This document shows, in pieces, positions 48,481 through 61,321 of a stretch of DNA of 64,000 bases; positions within the stretch are counted from its first letter, which is position 1, and every line of letters starts with the position of its first letter. Source of the DNA: Prorocentrum cordatum (lineage: Eukaryota); the NCBI GenBank assembly GCA_963575745.1, contig CAUYUJ010000126.1, positions 186,001-250,000 on the forward strand. Reading direction: 5' to 3'. Both the position numbers and the translations under genes were made by a program. The notes below the pieces were generated by a model. The model ran no database searches. It was given only the letters and a program-made list of their open reading frames with translations, and was not told the DNA's origin.

Positions 48481-50919
48481 TTTTTTGGGGTGCCGTGTTT
48501 TTTGTGACAACCGGAAGTCATGAGAAAACGGCGTCGCAGTTTGTTCGCCCCCTCAAGCTCAAGTTGTCTGCAAGGACCAGAAGCGGGTTGCAGCAGCACC
48601 GTTTAGGAAGTCCAGTGGTGCATGCAACGTTGCTTCGAGCATCATGCGAAGATCAGTCTGAATTTGTTGCGTACGCATGCGGTTGCATACACAGTGAGGC
48701 ACAGGCGGGAGAGACGGGTTTGCAGCAAGGCTTCCCAAACTCTGCAGCCGTTGTTAGCCTCAGAAGCCCCGTAAGGGGCCGTGCTGGCAGCACGGATTTA
48801 CTGTACACGCGTTGGGTCCAGGAAAAAGTCCTCGCTGTGTTTGAGTGTGCGTTCCGCCTCCAGCGGCCTCCTACCGCCGCGGACCTTTGGGGGCCTCCAG
48901 AGTCTTCGGGCCCCGCGGCCCGCCTCCACTGCTGCTGCCGTTGAACGAGGGGGGCTCCCACACCCCGGGCGGGCGCTCCGGGCTCCTCGGCCTCCTCTGC
49001 GCCTCTGGCCCCCGGGCGCCGGCCGTGAGCCGACCTCAGCCTCGGCGTCGTCGTCCCGGGACTCTTGGCATCGCTCGGACGTGTGCATTTCTTCTCGGCG
49101 AGAGCCATCGAGGACCATCCTGGACCATCGAGCAACGTAAAGCACGCACGAGACCGGAAAATGCACGGGAAGTGGACGTCCGAGCGACGGCCAGGATTGC
49201 GGCTGCGATCCGGCGACGGCGTCTGCGCGCGCTTGGCGGCAGCGCGTCCGTCGGCCTTCTCCCGCGGCCGCTGGCGGCGCCACACCCGCGTGCCAGCGCC
49301 GCGGCCAGCCCATTCCGCGTCCAGCGCCGCACGGGGGCACGCACGGCTCGCCTCCGCCCCCCCAGGCCGGGCAGGGCGGCTTGGGCCCCGACATTGGGCA
49401 TAACGCAGCAGGCACGCCAAATGCGCGATGTGCGATTCGGTGCCGGGAAGGAGCCGCGTCTCCAACTAGGGATGGCGATTCATTTCTCCAGGCGCCTATC
49501 CTCGCGAAGCTCCTGGCAGCATTCGTTCGCCACCCTGTATCGCAGCTGCTGTTCTGCAGCCTGGCGGTCGCGTGGTCCTCGGAGTCAAGTGCGCATGAAG
49601 ACCCGGACGTAGACCAGATTGCGTTGATCGCGGTGGGGCGCTTCTCTGGCTGCCGCCTGCGGGCGTGTGACTTCGTTGCCAATCGCATGGAAACGCATGC
49701 CATCAAACGTAAATTCGTGCAGTTCAACGCTAGATGGCCGCGCGGAATGCGTGCCTTTCGAGGGGGGCCGCGCTTTGCGCTGACGGCGCACGTGCATGCG
49801 CGCGCGCGAACTCAGTGCGTAAGTCGGAAGGCAGTTTCGCAAACTGGAGTTCTAATAGCCCGCCGATGCCCCAAACCAAGCTCTGTCGGGCGAGCTGCTG
49901 GGAGCGAAACCGGAACGCCCGCGCAAAGCGCGCGCGGCATGAGAGCGCCATTGCCGCCGTGGAAGAGGGGGGAAGTGCGAATCCCAGCCCGGCCGCGCAC
50001 GTGGCGAGCATCAGTTTCCAACGCGGGTGTGCCTTTGGCGCGGGCGCAGCGGCGTCCGGTGCGCAGGCAGGCCGCGCAAGATACGCAAGCGCAAACAGTG
50101 CGCGCCCCAGCAGGAGCGAGCGCGCAAGAGTAACCGGAAAGCTCAATCAAGCCGATGTTTTACCAAATTCTGTGGCCACAATGATGCCAAGTTCTGTCAG
50201 CGTACGAACCGCATTGGCAGCGACTCGGCCACCGACTCCGACGGGCTCGGCTACTGGCGCGCAGTTCGCTTGCAAGCAGTGGAACGAGCCCAGGAAACCC
50301 AGCACATCGCCATCACCACTCAACTTCCGCAGTCAGTAAACATCCATCACAACGCAGGAGCGGCGGCACTGATGTGGCTCAATGGTGCCCCGATGGTGTC
50401 CCGATCGTATTCAGCGCCGCTCAGCGCAAGATCTCTGAGATCCATAGTGGGTCGATAAGGACATCGCATCGCGGCGCGGCATCGTCATCGCACTTCGTCG
50501 CCAACTCGAAGGGGCACCACCAACGTCGTCATCGTCGCACCCATCGCAGTTGCCAGCAGTCTCTGCGTCCTATTCCTCAAGCTGTTGCGGCGCAAATTCC
50601 GCAATTCCATCCCGCGCCCTTGCAAACGGGGCGCTAGTAAACGGGGCTGTGGCTAAGGGACCTCTTCAAGCGAGAACAGGGCGACAGGGCATTTACTTCG
50701 CACCAGTGCGCGGCGCATCGGGACGACAAAAACGTCGACGCATCATCACAATGCTGGGCGGGTGGGGGGGTCCTCGCACTTGTGCACGGCAAATCAGCCC
50801 CTTGAAAACAATTACTCTTCATTATGGGCCCATTTGCCAACGCCCCGTTTGCAGAGGTTTGCGTCCCACCGGCCCTTTGGGCGTAAATTGTTTCAGAAAT
50901 TCTTGTCTTCTGTCTTCTA

Positions 50920-52280
50920 ACAATCCCTGACGCGGTGCTACGACAAAGCAGACTCGGGCTCAACGGAGGCCTATGGGGAAGCCGGCACGAGCATTGCAAA
51001 ATCTGTCTCGCAGATGAAAACGCACTTCAAATCATTCGCGACGTGGCCAAACGGGTGGCGAAGGCCGAGATCCCGCTGATTATCAGAGACGTCATGGTTA
51101 TCTCATCCCTGACGGCGGCATTGAAGCCCAACTCGCGAGTCACAGGAATATCCAGCGGGGATGCGGTCAAGCGATTGGTGGCGAAAACGCTGGCGAAACC
51201 GTTTCAGCAACAATTACGTAGAGCAACATGGCCCAATAATTCTAGAATCCAGGATCGATGCGGCACAGATGCAGCCATACACCTGCTGCAATACATATCT
51301 CGGACAACGACCCAGACAGTGTCATTGTGAGTATTGATGGCTGGGGGGCCTTTGACCACGTATGCAGAGCCCGTATGTTCGAGGCTCTCTTGGCAAACGC
51401 TTCGTTATTGGGTTTAGCTCTGTTCGTCCACCAATGGTACGGCATCAGATCACAATTCGATTGGGCAGACAACAATTGGGATGTTTACGACACTTTTCAA
51501 GTTGATGGGGGAGAACAAAGGGAGAACAAGGAAATGAAGTTAGCGCATGCCTGGACGACATCTATCTCACCTGCCACCCGCAAGACGTTGCAACGATTTA
51601 CGACGACGTGCGGACGACGCTTACTGAAGTCTGTCACATCGACGTGAACACTGGGAAATTGGTAGCTTGGAGTAAAACCCGAACGTTTGCCCCCCAGGGC
51701 TACGCGACAGAGCACCCGACGCCTGGGTCCACGACAAAACTGGGCATCCGCATTCTGGGCGCGCCACTTGGTACGGAAACCTACATAATTTCGCAAGCTG
51801 GAAAACGAGACTACGCTCATGCATGGGCGCGCATGCTGCTACGTGGCTCAATTCGTGCCTTCCTACTGTTTGCCCTGTGCAATTCATACATATTTTGCGC
51901 TATCCGACGGCGACTGGAGGTTGGAGTCCTATGCGACGGACCGGACCCGCATGGACACACCAAAACGACCACGGACGAGAATGTTCGATTGAATACGCGC
52001 CACACTTGGATGGTGACGGCCTGGCGGCAGGTCTTCATTGAGGCTGGGGGGCTCATCCCCGATCGCAATGTGGAGCTTTTCATTGGGGCATACACACATC
52101 CCCATACCACCAGGCGATACATGACGGTTAGACCTCGTGGTCCCGTGCCTTAAACGTGGCAAGGGGGTTGCCATTGTTTTGCGACAAATGTGGTTTCCCC
52201 TATCTGTCGTACTGGAACGCCGCTGGGTGGGACGAGCAACGCGGGAGGTGCATTTTTGAAGGCAGTCGAAAGAGACAACC

Positions 52281-52325
<45 letters not shown>

Positions 52326-52620
52326 CGTACCAAGAAGTTGCTACTACAGGATTGTGTTTTGGGCGCGAGGTATTCGGCCGACAGGGACAACGGCCGATAA
52401 CCTTAGTGATAGCACTTGCGTACGAGCGCTGCCGGGACTTGCCAGTGCGAATACGCCGAAGCACGACAATGGGATTATTGCAGCGATGGTGCGGCATTCT
52501 GGGAGTAGCCCTTCAAAGATCAGCGGCCCACGGTGTCTTGCACGAGCCCGATCCGCGCCGAAGGTGTCGCGGTCTTTCCTATCACCTGTCCGACCCCGCC
52601 GCCCCGGCCAATAGCCAGTG
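50920..52620 (+). mobile_element. Degenerate, internally deleted CRE-like non-LTR retrotransposon (RT + restriction-like endonuclease)
   Basis: LTAALKPNSRVTGISSGDAVKRLVAKTLA, GTDAAIH, VSIDGWGAFDHVCR, GGEQ, ACLDDIYL (~51545), ILGAPLG; then DPHGH, RHTWMVTAWRQVFIEAG, DLVVP..NVARGLPLFCD, EVFGR, QRWCGILGVALQR. Confidence 0.8.
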
Positions 52621-53239
52621 GGAAGGGGTGTTCAAACGCAAAGTTTGGGCAAGGACGCCAGATGATTTGGTGAATGCCCCGGAGAGGAGGAAAGAGGGAG
52701 GAGGACGAGGGGGGGGAGGAGGAGGGGGAGGACAGAAACGAAGGAGCGCGGGCAGCAAGAGAGAGAGAGGGCGGGCAGCAGCAGGCTCAGCAGCAAGCAA
52801 GCAAACCATGGGCGGCGGGGCGGGGGCTGTCGTCGGGGTGGCCGCGGTCGCGGTCGTCAGGCAGGGTCGGGTCGCGGACGGGGGCGGTCGCGGTCGGGGG
52901 TGGTCGAAGTCGTGGCCGCGGCCAGGGGGCGGGTCGTCGGGGCAGGGCGTCGGTGGTGGGCGTGGTCGTGGTCGCGGTTGGGGGCGGTCGTCGACGTGGT
53001 TTGGGCAGAGGGCGGTCGCGGCTGGGGCGCTGGGGCAGGGCATCGGGAGCGGCCGGGGGCGGTCGTGGTCGTGGCCGCGGCCAGGGGTGGTCGTGGTCGC
53101 GGTCGGGGGTGGTCGTGGTCGAGTCGCGGGCAGAGAGGGTTATAGGTGGCGCCCTCGCCCCGGTCAGGCCAGCACGCTCGCACCTGCCAGGCGGCGCGGC
53201 GCCACACCTCAGTGCCGATGGCCGCGGCCAGCCGCTTGT

Positions 53240-56200
53240 ACCCCCACTCCCCGTCAGAACAGCCAGCCACGCCTCCGCGATTGTTTGGTCGCGATAGTGC
53301 GGAGGATGGCTGTCGTCCGGGGGTGCAGCCGGCCTTAGCAGGTGTAGACCAGCGGCTGGTAGGTGATGTTCTGCCGCGCCAGAACGTCGACGTGTGCCGA
53401 TTAGTACTCGACTTCGCGCCGGAACATGGTGGTCGCGCAGTCTGGGCCAGCCGCCACGGCGTCAGGCGAGGCGATGCCCACGTCGAGGGAAGAGGCCATT
53501 GCCAAGGGCACCAGTCAGCACGTCCGCTGGTCGGAGGCGCGTTCCTGGCACCAGGCCCGGGGCCTCGAGCTCTGCGCCAGGGTCGCAGATTCAAGCGGCG
53601 GCGTGCACCCGGCGCGCTACCGCGTGGTGCCCCCAGCCGATTCCGCGCGGCTGCAGCAGGGAGCGTGCGACCCTGCCCGGTCGAGGATCGCTTGGCCGCA
53701 GAGGCCGCACGGGACCGGTCCAGCGGCCCTGCGGCGCCGACGCGGAGGCGCAGTGCCTCGACGAAGTCGGGGCTGTCCATGTCGTTGTCGGATTGGTCGG
53801 TGCCGGATTGCTCGAGGTCGTCGAGCCGCCGCAGTGCCGAGTCGTCCCCGGCGTCCGCGCGCCCCTTTGCGGCGGTCGTGTCGCCCTTGCTCGTCGGGGT
53901 GGCGTAGGAGCGCCCGTTGTATGTGCAGCTGCCGCGTGCGCGGGGCCGAGTCGGGCTGCTCGTCGTCGTCGTCCTGGTCGAGCGGAAGCAGGTTGCGGCC
54001 AATGCCTCGTGGGCGGCCGCGGCGCTCCTGCGGCGCGGCTGCGGGCGCTTCCGCGTGCCGGCCGAAAAGGGCTGCCCAGCGGCCTTCGGCTTCCGCGGCG
54101 GCCTCCGAGAGCGCGGGCGCCCGCTGTGGGCAGCAGGCAGAGGGCAAGGCGGGCCGCGGCGTCGTCCGCGCGCCTGTCGCACTCGGCCATGATGACCCCC
54201 GCCTCGCCCAGGCGTCGAGATCTCTCCGTGAGGTGTGTGGCCATCTCCCGCGCGCGAGACCTCGAGCACGCGCGGCTGGCCACGAAGGCGGCAAGAGACT
54301 CTTGGGAAACGGTCCGCATGCCGAGGCCGTCTTGGCTCACGCCGAGCGCGCACTGGCCCCAGGAAGCGTCGGGGAGGTCGCCGCCCGCGACGAGCTGCAC
54401 GGCTTCGCGGAGGTCGTTGTCGAACTGCTGCAGGTGTTCGTCCTTCACCTTGTCTCCGTTCAGCCGTAGGTGGTAGGAGAGCTTCGACACGTCGGCGCAG
54501 AGCCTCGTGAGCACTGTCGCCGCGTGCCCCACCTCCAGCAGTGCGAGTCGCGTGTCGCGGGCCTTGTTCAGCACGGCCCTGACCTAGTCGTCGAGCGCGT
54601 CAGGGCTGCCGCAGGGAGCACCGAGTGCCAGAGTGGGTCCTGGGGCCAGCACGTTGCAGGTGGTCCGAACATAGTCCGCGTCCCAGGCGTCGCAGCGCTG
54701 CCGCTCGCTCAGGGCAGAGGAGGCGGCAGGAGCTCTTGGCGGTGCCGGCGGCCACGGTCCCCCGGGCGCCGCCGAATTGAGTGCCAGCCTGGCGTCGAGG
54801 CTGCGCGGGAAGGGGCCCAGCGCGCGCGGGCGGACAGAAACCTGGCCGTCGTCGATAAACCATTGCTCACAGAAGCCCGGGGCGGCGGCCCCTGCACGGG
54901 GCGGGCCGGTGTGGGGGGCGCGAGAGCCGGCGAGCGTGAGGCATGCTTGCACCGTGCCGAAACCGTCGCCTTGTTCAGCGCCGCGGTGCGTGGTGAAGGT
55001 CTCGCCAGAGAAGGGAGAGGCGTCTCGGACGATTCTGGCTGGTGCCAGGAGGTCCAAGCCGCAATTTCAGGAAACTCAGCGGGATCTATCCAAGGCCGCA
55101 TCGTGTCCAACTCCACGCTTCCGAACATGTTTACGAGGTCCACGTCCAGCGCCACCACGGCGGGGATGGTACCCTGGGCAGCCAGCTCCTTTACCGTTCC
55201 GCGCCGATGGGCCATGGTCTCACAGGCGCCCGGCACGCCCACGCCCCACTGGTGGGCGGCACGGAAGCGGGCGCGGCGGGCGGGGAAGCGTCGGTTGGCG
55301 CGGCGCTTGGCAGAGCTCGTGCGTTTCACTTCGCCCATCTTGATGGCTCTCGGTTTGCCGCTGCGCTTCCTCTGCCACACGAGCCGCGCGCGGGTGATCC
55401 AGCGCATGGGCGCCCCCCAGCTCACCTCCCCGCCTGGCCGCGCGGAGCTGCCCCAGAGCCCGCCGAAGGGCGGCTGCTTCGCGCTGCCGTGGCACGGAGA
55501 AAAGCTCTGAGAGGTGCTCTTGCCGTGCGCCGGAGGGTCCAGGGGCGGTGAGCTTGCTCCATCGCGCTCTATCGAAACGCCCGCCGTCGGTCGTCCTCCT
55601 GCTGGGTGCCGTCGGGGCGGTCGGCAGGAGGGCAGGGCGCCGGTGTTCCTGGAGGCTGCCGCGGCCCGCTGGGAGCTGTGCCAGGCCGCCCTGTGCGCGC
55701 TTGAGCGTGCGCCCTGTCCTCGGCGGCTGTGGTTGGCAGCATGCTGGAGGTTAGGGAGGTTGCTGCTTCCCTATAGGCCCCCTCGACGGCTAGGTGCCTA
55801 GCTCGCCTCCCACGGCGCCCCGGGCTCCGTCGATGATGATTCGTTGCTGCTCCAGCTTGTCCAGGAGAGCAGCAAAATCACACACACACACACACACACC
55901 CACACATGGAGGCCCGGGTACCGACCTCGTCGGCGGCGGCCATACCCTGGAGGGCCGAGCCAAGGAAGAGCTTGAAGCGAGCCTCCTCCAGGGCGGCCCA
56001 AGCAGGGCCACCGTCAGCACATCGATTCCAGCATTGCCGCGTGATGCGGAGGAGTCGCAACCGCTGGCGGACGCGAGCAGTGAGTTCTGGCGGCAGAGAA
56101 GGCGCCCCGACCACGGGCGCATCATCAGACTGGGCGCCCTCGGCGGCCGGCGCCGCAGCGGCGGCTGGCCCGTCGCCCGCGGACTGCCTTTGCGGTGGTG

Positions 56201-56760
56201 CGCCGGCGGAGGCGGGGCTAGCAAGAATGTCCCCAATTATGGGAGGCCGCTTCGGCGTGGTTTGGCGGCAGCGGGCGCAATGCCCTTGTCCGAAGAGACG
56301 GAGCTCACCGCAGGCATTGTTTGTGCATACGCTGCGGTGTATGGCGTGCAGGGTCAACCTCATTGGCTCATCAATGGGACGTCCTTGGTGAGCACTGCTG
56401 AGGTGGCGGACGAAACCTGCAGCGGAGCGAAACAATCGCCCCGGGCACCAAAAGTGGCGTCCACGGAACGGGACGCGTGCAGGTGTCGCTTGTGTGGGCG
56501 GAGCGCCGCCGTTGGTTCCGGGGAGAAGGGACGGGGCAGCGGCACCGGCGGGCCCCGGGCCCGACGCGCGCGCGGCGCCAGTTGGGGCAGCGGCACGCGA
56601 GCACCTACCTGCACCAAGTGGCGGCGGAATGGCAGGTTGGGCAGATGACCTCGGCAGTGCCAGCTTCGGTTGTTGAGCGCCAACATCCACCGCCATTTGC
56701 TTGGGTGCGGCATTGGCGCTCGAGGATCCCGCGCCGGCAGCGGCAGCGGGGGGCGCGGGC
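53240..56760 (-). mobile_element. Near-full-length degenerate CRE-like non-LTR retrotransposon (N-terminal Zn finger, RT, CCHC, RLE)
   Basis: Minus strand: CPGRLFRSAAGFVRHLSSAH; RKRSGKPRAIKMGE; QWGVGVPGACE; LDVDLVNMFGSV; RGAEQGDGFG; WFIDDGQV; GLGMR; FVEALRLRVG; CGLC..ILDRAGSHAPCC; ELEAPGLVPGTRLRPADV (~53570-53520); LDVGIASP; YQPLVY. Frameshifted. Confidence 0.85.
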
Positions 56761-57534
56761 GGCCTTGGTGTGTCTGAGCCCCGTGTTTCGTTTAAAGCGG
56801 TTGCGTGGCGAGACTCGGTGGAGATGTTGGCACCGAACTCCATACCAAGATTAAAAGTAGAATTAAACATAAATCCGCAATAATAAAGCCTAATCCCCAC
56901 GTGACCCAAAAAACGGTTTAGGAGCATTTAGGGAGTTCCTCTTGGAATTCCTATCGGCGGGTCATTGGGGAATCGAGCCGGACATACTAACAAATTCCCA
57001 AATTAAAATTATGTTTGCGGCCATCGTAGGACACTTTACTACTCTGTTTTATTCACAAAATTTGTGCACCATATCTATTGTCAATGACATAATGCCGGCA
57101 ACAAACATGTCGTTACATTTGCTTTTGGACAGAACGGGGCTTGTTTTTGCCGTGGCGGAAACTTTGGAAATCTCCTTTCGTACTTCCATCGGGAAACCAT
57201 TCGGAAACCGCAATGGCAAGCTTCGCATGGCGGTTTGTCGGCACACCTCTCACAAGCTTCGTGGCCCAATCGGTTGCAAACCTCAACGGCAAACTTCGCA
57301 TTGCTGCGGCGTCACTTCCATTTCGGTACACTTTGCACACGCGTTGCAGCCCCATATAGACGACCCAATGACATGGCTCGCATGCCTTTCTCTGGCTATT
57401 TTGTTACACCCAACGCCCTCATGCGTCCCTAGCCTACTTTGGCATACCCCACGGCGCGCCTGCCTATGATGCGAAGTATTCGCAGCCGCAAAGGGTTGGG
57501 TCTTTCGCCTAACTGATGCGAGGCTTCAGAATGG

Positions 57535-57862
57535 CCCTAGAATGGTTCCAACATGGCCCCAGGAGAGGCCCCAGAGAGCCTCAAGACGGCCCCAAGAGCG
57601 CTCCAAGAGCGCACCATGAGGGCCCCAAAAGGCGACGTTTGGGGCTCCCGAGGGGTGGAACTAATTGAAACTTTCCTCTTTCTTGATCGATATCCTCCAC
57701 GATGGCCCCAAGAGCGCCCCTGAGCACCACAAGAGGCGCCCACACGGCCCCAAGAGGCGTCCAAAGGCATCCGAAAGGCTCCCAAGAAACCACCAAGAAG
57801 CCTCAAGAGAAACCCCGAGGCACCAAATACGCCCAAAGAAGACCATGGGCTCGCCAAGATGT
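57535..57862 (-). repeat. Inverted copy of the TCTTGGGGCC-rich repeat family seen at 10300-11910, followed by (CCT)n
   Basis: ggccccaagagcgctccaagagcg-type motifs are the reverse complement of motifs at 10300-11900. Confidence 0.6.
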
Positions 57863-58334
57863 CCCTTCTCCTCCTCCTCCTCCTCCTCCTCCTCCTCCTC
57901 CTCCTCGTCCACTGTCTTCCTCCTTCCTCCTCTTCGCCCTCTTCCTCCTGCTCCTCCTCCTCCACCATCCTCCGCCTGTTGTGGTATCGGACAGCTTCCC
58001 CCGCCTTTTTTTTTCTGCATGCTCAACTCGTCTGGGCATCGCTTCTGGAAGGGCTAGTGGTTACATCAAGCGCCTGGAATGGAACAGAACAGAACAGAGG
58101 CCCGTCGCCCGGCTGCGAGAGCCGGTCCCTTGGGGGCGCGGGGCGCCCGGGCGGGCCCGAAGGAACGCACCATTGCAACAATGTATAGGATAATGACGGC
58201 GCAGCATCGCCTCTTCTCGCAAGCGCAATCCCACCAATACTCGTGATGAAGGGAACGCACCATTGCAATAATGTATAAGAAGACGACGGCGCAACCTCCC
58301 TTATTCTCACATCTTCCATACTCTTGACGACAAT

Positions 58335-60105
58335 TTACTTGAAATCGTCTGACCATCGCAAAACAGGTCGCCTATGTCGGCGGCGAGCCTCCGTGCGAAA
58401 CCATGGCTTCCACGAGAGTAATCTGCTGCTCCACTTGTCGCTATCGCGCGACTGTAACTGATTGAAGGCCCATTGCTTTCTCTGCGTCTGCGTCAGAACC
58501 CAGTCTGTGGCCCCGAAATCAGCAGCGCGCAAGCACACCGATCTTGTAGGTCGTCGCATGTACCGCACCCATGACTCTGAATCATTCCTGGGTACTTGGA
58601 AGATGTTGCTCATCATTTTTCGCCACGTGGTCCAGATTGTCTGTGTGTCTGCATTTTTCAGTGCCCAGGTGGAGCACGCGTATAAGGCTGACGGCGTGAC
58701 GACAGAGTCGAAAAGTTTCAACCGGGATGCCAAGGGGTACTTCTTTGAGCACAATACACTCTTGTATTTGGCGAAGGCGCGCCAGGCTGCGTTCATTATG
58801 TTCGTAAGCTCTGCTGCCTGAAAATTCCCTACAGATACAAGTCTGCCCAAGTATTTTTCTGCGGCGTCCGGCGGCAAGATAGAAACGTCGTCATCTCCCA
58901 CTCTGACAGAAGCCCCCCTTGTCAGCTCGCAGTTTCTGGGGATTTTCGTTTTTCCCAAGTGCACAGCTAAACCATATCTCGAAGCTTCTGTTTTCAGATC
59001 TGACAGCATTTTCCGTGCGTCGGCCTTGCTCTGCGCGAACAGCAGCACGTCGTCGGCGAAACGAAGGTTCGTGAGCGGCTCCTCTGGGTCGTCGATGACG
59101 AAGCCGTAGTACTGTCCCGTGCGCAGCTTGTTGAGAGAATGCCACTTGCTCTTAAGTTTTCCCGAAACATGCTTCCATGACGGCAATGAACAGCAACGCG
59201 CTGATCGGGCCCCCCTGTTTGACCCCTCGCGCCAAAGAAAGAACTCCTGGATTCTGCTCGGGCGCAGACAACAGCAGATTGGTGTGCGTATAATTTGTTC
59301 AATTGTGTGATGTAGTGCACATCGACGTCGAAGGTCAAAAAGAACTCTCCATAGCGCATTGTGTTCGACTGTGTCGAAGGCCTTTTCGAAATCCACAAGG
59401 CACAGCCACACGCATTGATTCCATGCTTGACACTTTTCCAGCAAAAAGTTAGAGACACGGTCGCATACCATCGTGGCAAAGAGCTAATACAACACGGGTA
59501 AGATTGCGATCGGTTTGCAATTCTGCGGCAGCTCACGGTCACGTTTTTTGAAAATGACAAACCAATCTCGTTTGCCTCCATGTTTCTGGAGGTTCCCTGC
59601 CCGGCCAGAGCACCTCGTTGAACAGCTGAAGGACACGATAGTGCAAGACAGCGCCCCCGTTCTTCAGCACTTCTGCTACAAATCCCGACCCATCACTGGA
59701 TTTCCTATTTTTCATTGTCTTTAAAGCTTGCTTCAGCTCTTGTCGTGTGAACGGCTGCACGGTAGCTGACGACAACGGGACAGGCTCGTTTTGATCTCCT
59801 TTGTTGGCGCCTAAGTTTTCGCAGAACTGATCAAAAACATCAGCTATAGTTTCGTTCGTTTCTTGTGCCACTCCGCTGTGACCAACAATTCTCGAAATGT
59901 GCTGCCGCTCTGAAGCTGACGACATAAGACTTATCTTTTTGATACCACGGAAGTCCGCGAAGATGGTATTGATTCTGTCGGAACGTCGTTCCGCTTGCGA
60001 TTTTCGGATTAGCTTCTTGATCTTTTTGTTGAGGATTGTGCGCTGCGCCTGCTTTGCCTGCGCGGTCACATCCTCTCGCTGCCTGAGCCGCCGGCCGTCC
60101 TCTAC
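58335..60105 (-). mobile_element. 5'-truncated APE-type LINE, RT region (pseudogenised)
   Basis: FTRQELKQALKTMKNRKSSDGSGFVAEVLK, LVDFEKAFDTVEH, GVKQGG-like (frameshifted), NLRFADDVLLF, GLAVHLGKTK, EKYLG, AAWRAF, RLKLFDSVVTPSALYACSTW. Confidence 0.9.
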
Positions 60106-60129
60106 CAGCTGTCGTATATATCAATATCA

Positions 60130-60550
60130 AATGATGTGGGATGCCTTTGGGTCCGCGCCTTGGGCGTTGCCAATGGGGTTCATCATCGCCCCATTGGTGA
60201 AACAAAGTGTGATCAGCTTCAAGCTCATGTCGGACAGGATCGTTTTATTACGTTTTCGTGTCCCTGGCAGTATTCTTAACTTTTTTACTGCTTATGCTCC
60301 ACAATCTGGAGACGACCCAGACGACAGGCGCGCTGTCTTTGATGAGTTGATCGGCGCATGGCCAAAACAAAGCAATCATACATGCACCATGGCACTCGGC
60401 AAATTCAATGCGAAGCTCTTCCAACAGCAGCCGGGAGAAGACAACACTGTTGGGCGATATGTATTCAAAAACAAATGGCCGCAATGCAGATGCAATTTGA
60501 ACAGAGATTTTTTGGTAGAGGCGTGCCGAGCCACAAAATCAGTTGTTGCG
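60130..60550 (+). mobile_element. APE endonuclease (N-terminal part) of a plus-strand LINE
   Basis: MGFIIAP...MSDRIVLLRF...FTAYAPQS...FDEL...ALGKFNAKL...NRDFLVEAC...VVA; continues after an insertion at 62404. Confidence 0.8.
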
Positions 60551-61252
60551 ACGGCAGCAACCGTTTCAGAAAAAGCGTAAAGCAGTATTAGAAAAAAACC
60601 GGTTTCAGAAAAAAGGCATGCCAATTCAGAAAAAGGCTGAGCAGTTTCAGAAAAAGGGCGCGTTGTTTCAGAAAAAACGTGAGGTTTCAGAAAAAGTGCG
60701 CGCGATTTCAGAAAAATGCCCCACCCCCGATTTGTTGGCCGGCCCCCGGGGCTCGGCCCGACCTTGGACCGCGGGCTCTGGACTTTTGCACCCGGACCCC
60801 CGCTTGTTTTCTGAAACGGTCGTTGCTGCATGGCCGTGCTTTGCTTCTTCGGGAGGAGCGCGGAGGAGGCTGGAGGAGGCGGGAGGACGACGGGGGAGTG
60901 GAGCAGGCGTGAGTGAGATTGAGAGGGTTGGGTTCGGGAGAGGCGAGGAAGGAAATCGCTTCCTCCGGCTCCGACTCCGGTTGCGATTCCGATTCTGTCT
61001 TCCTCCGCTTCCGACTCCGATTCCGACTCCCGTTCCGGCCTTGTCCGGCTCCGACTCTTGCGGGTTTTCTTCCGCTTCCGATTTCGAATCCGACTCCCGT
61101 TCTGGCTTCTTCCGGCTCTTTTTCCGGCTCTGGGTTTTCATCCGGCCTCGACTACGATTCCGGTTTGGTCGTCTTCCTCTTCCGACTCCAGATATATTTT
61201 GCCACTGCGCACGTGCGCAACTGAATTGAAAGCAATAGTACGTGGGAATATG

Positions 61253-61321
<69 letters not shown>

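Noticed and set aside
48480..50460. Overlapping 200-300 aa ORFs as a host gene or transposase
   Set aside because: No motif I can recognise with confidence, and frames are open on both strands because of high GC. It may be a decayed element; left unannotated.
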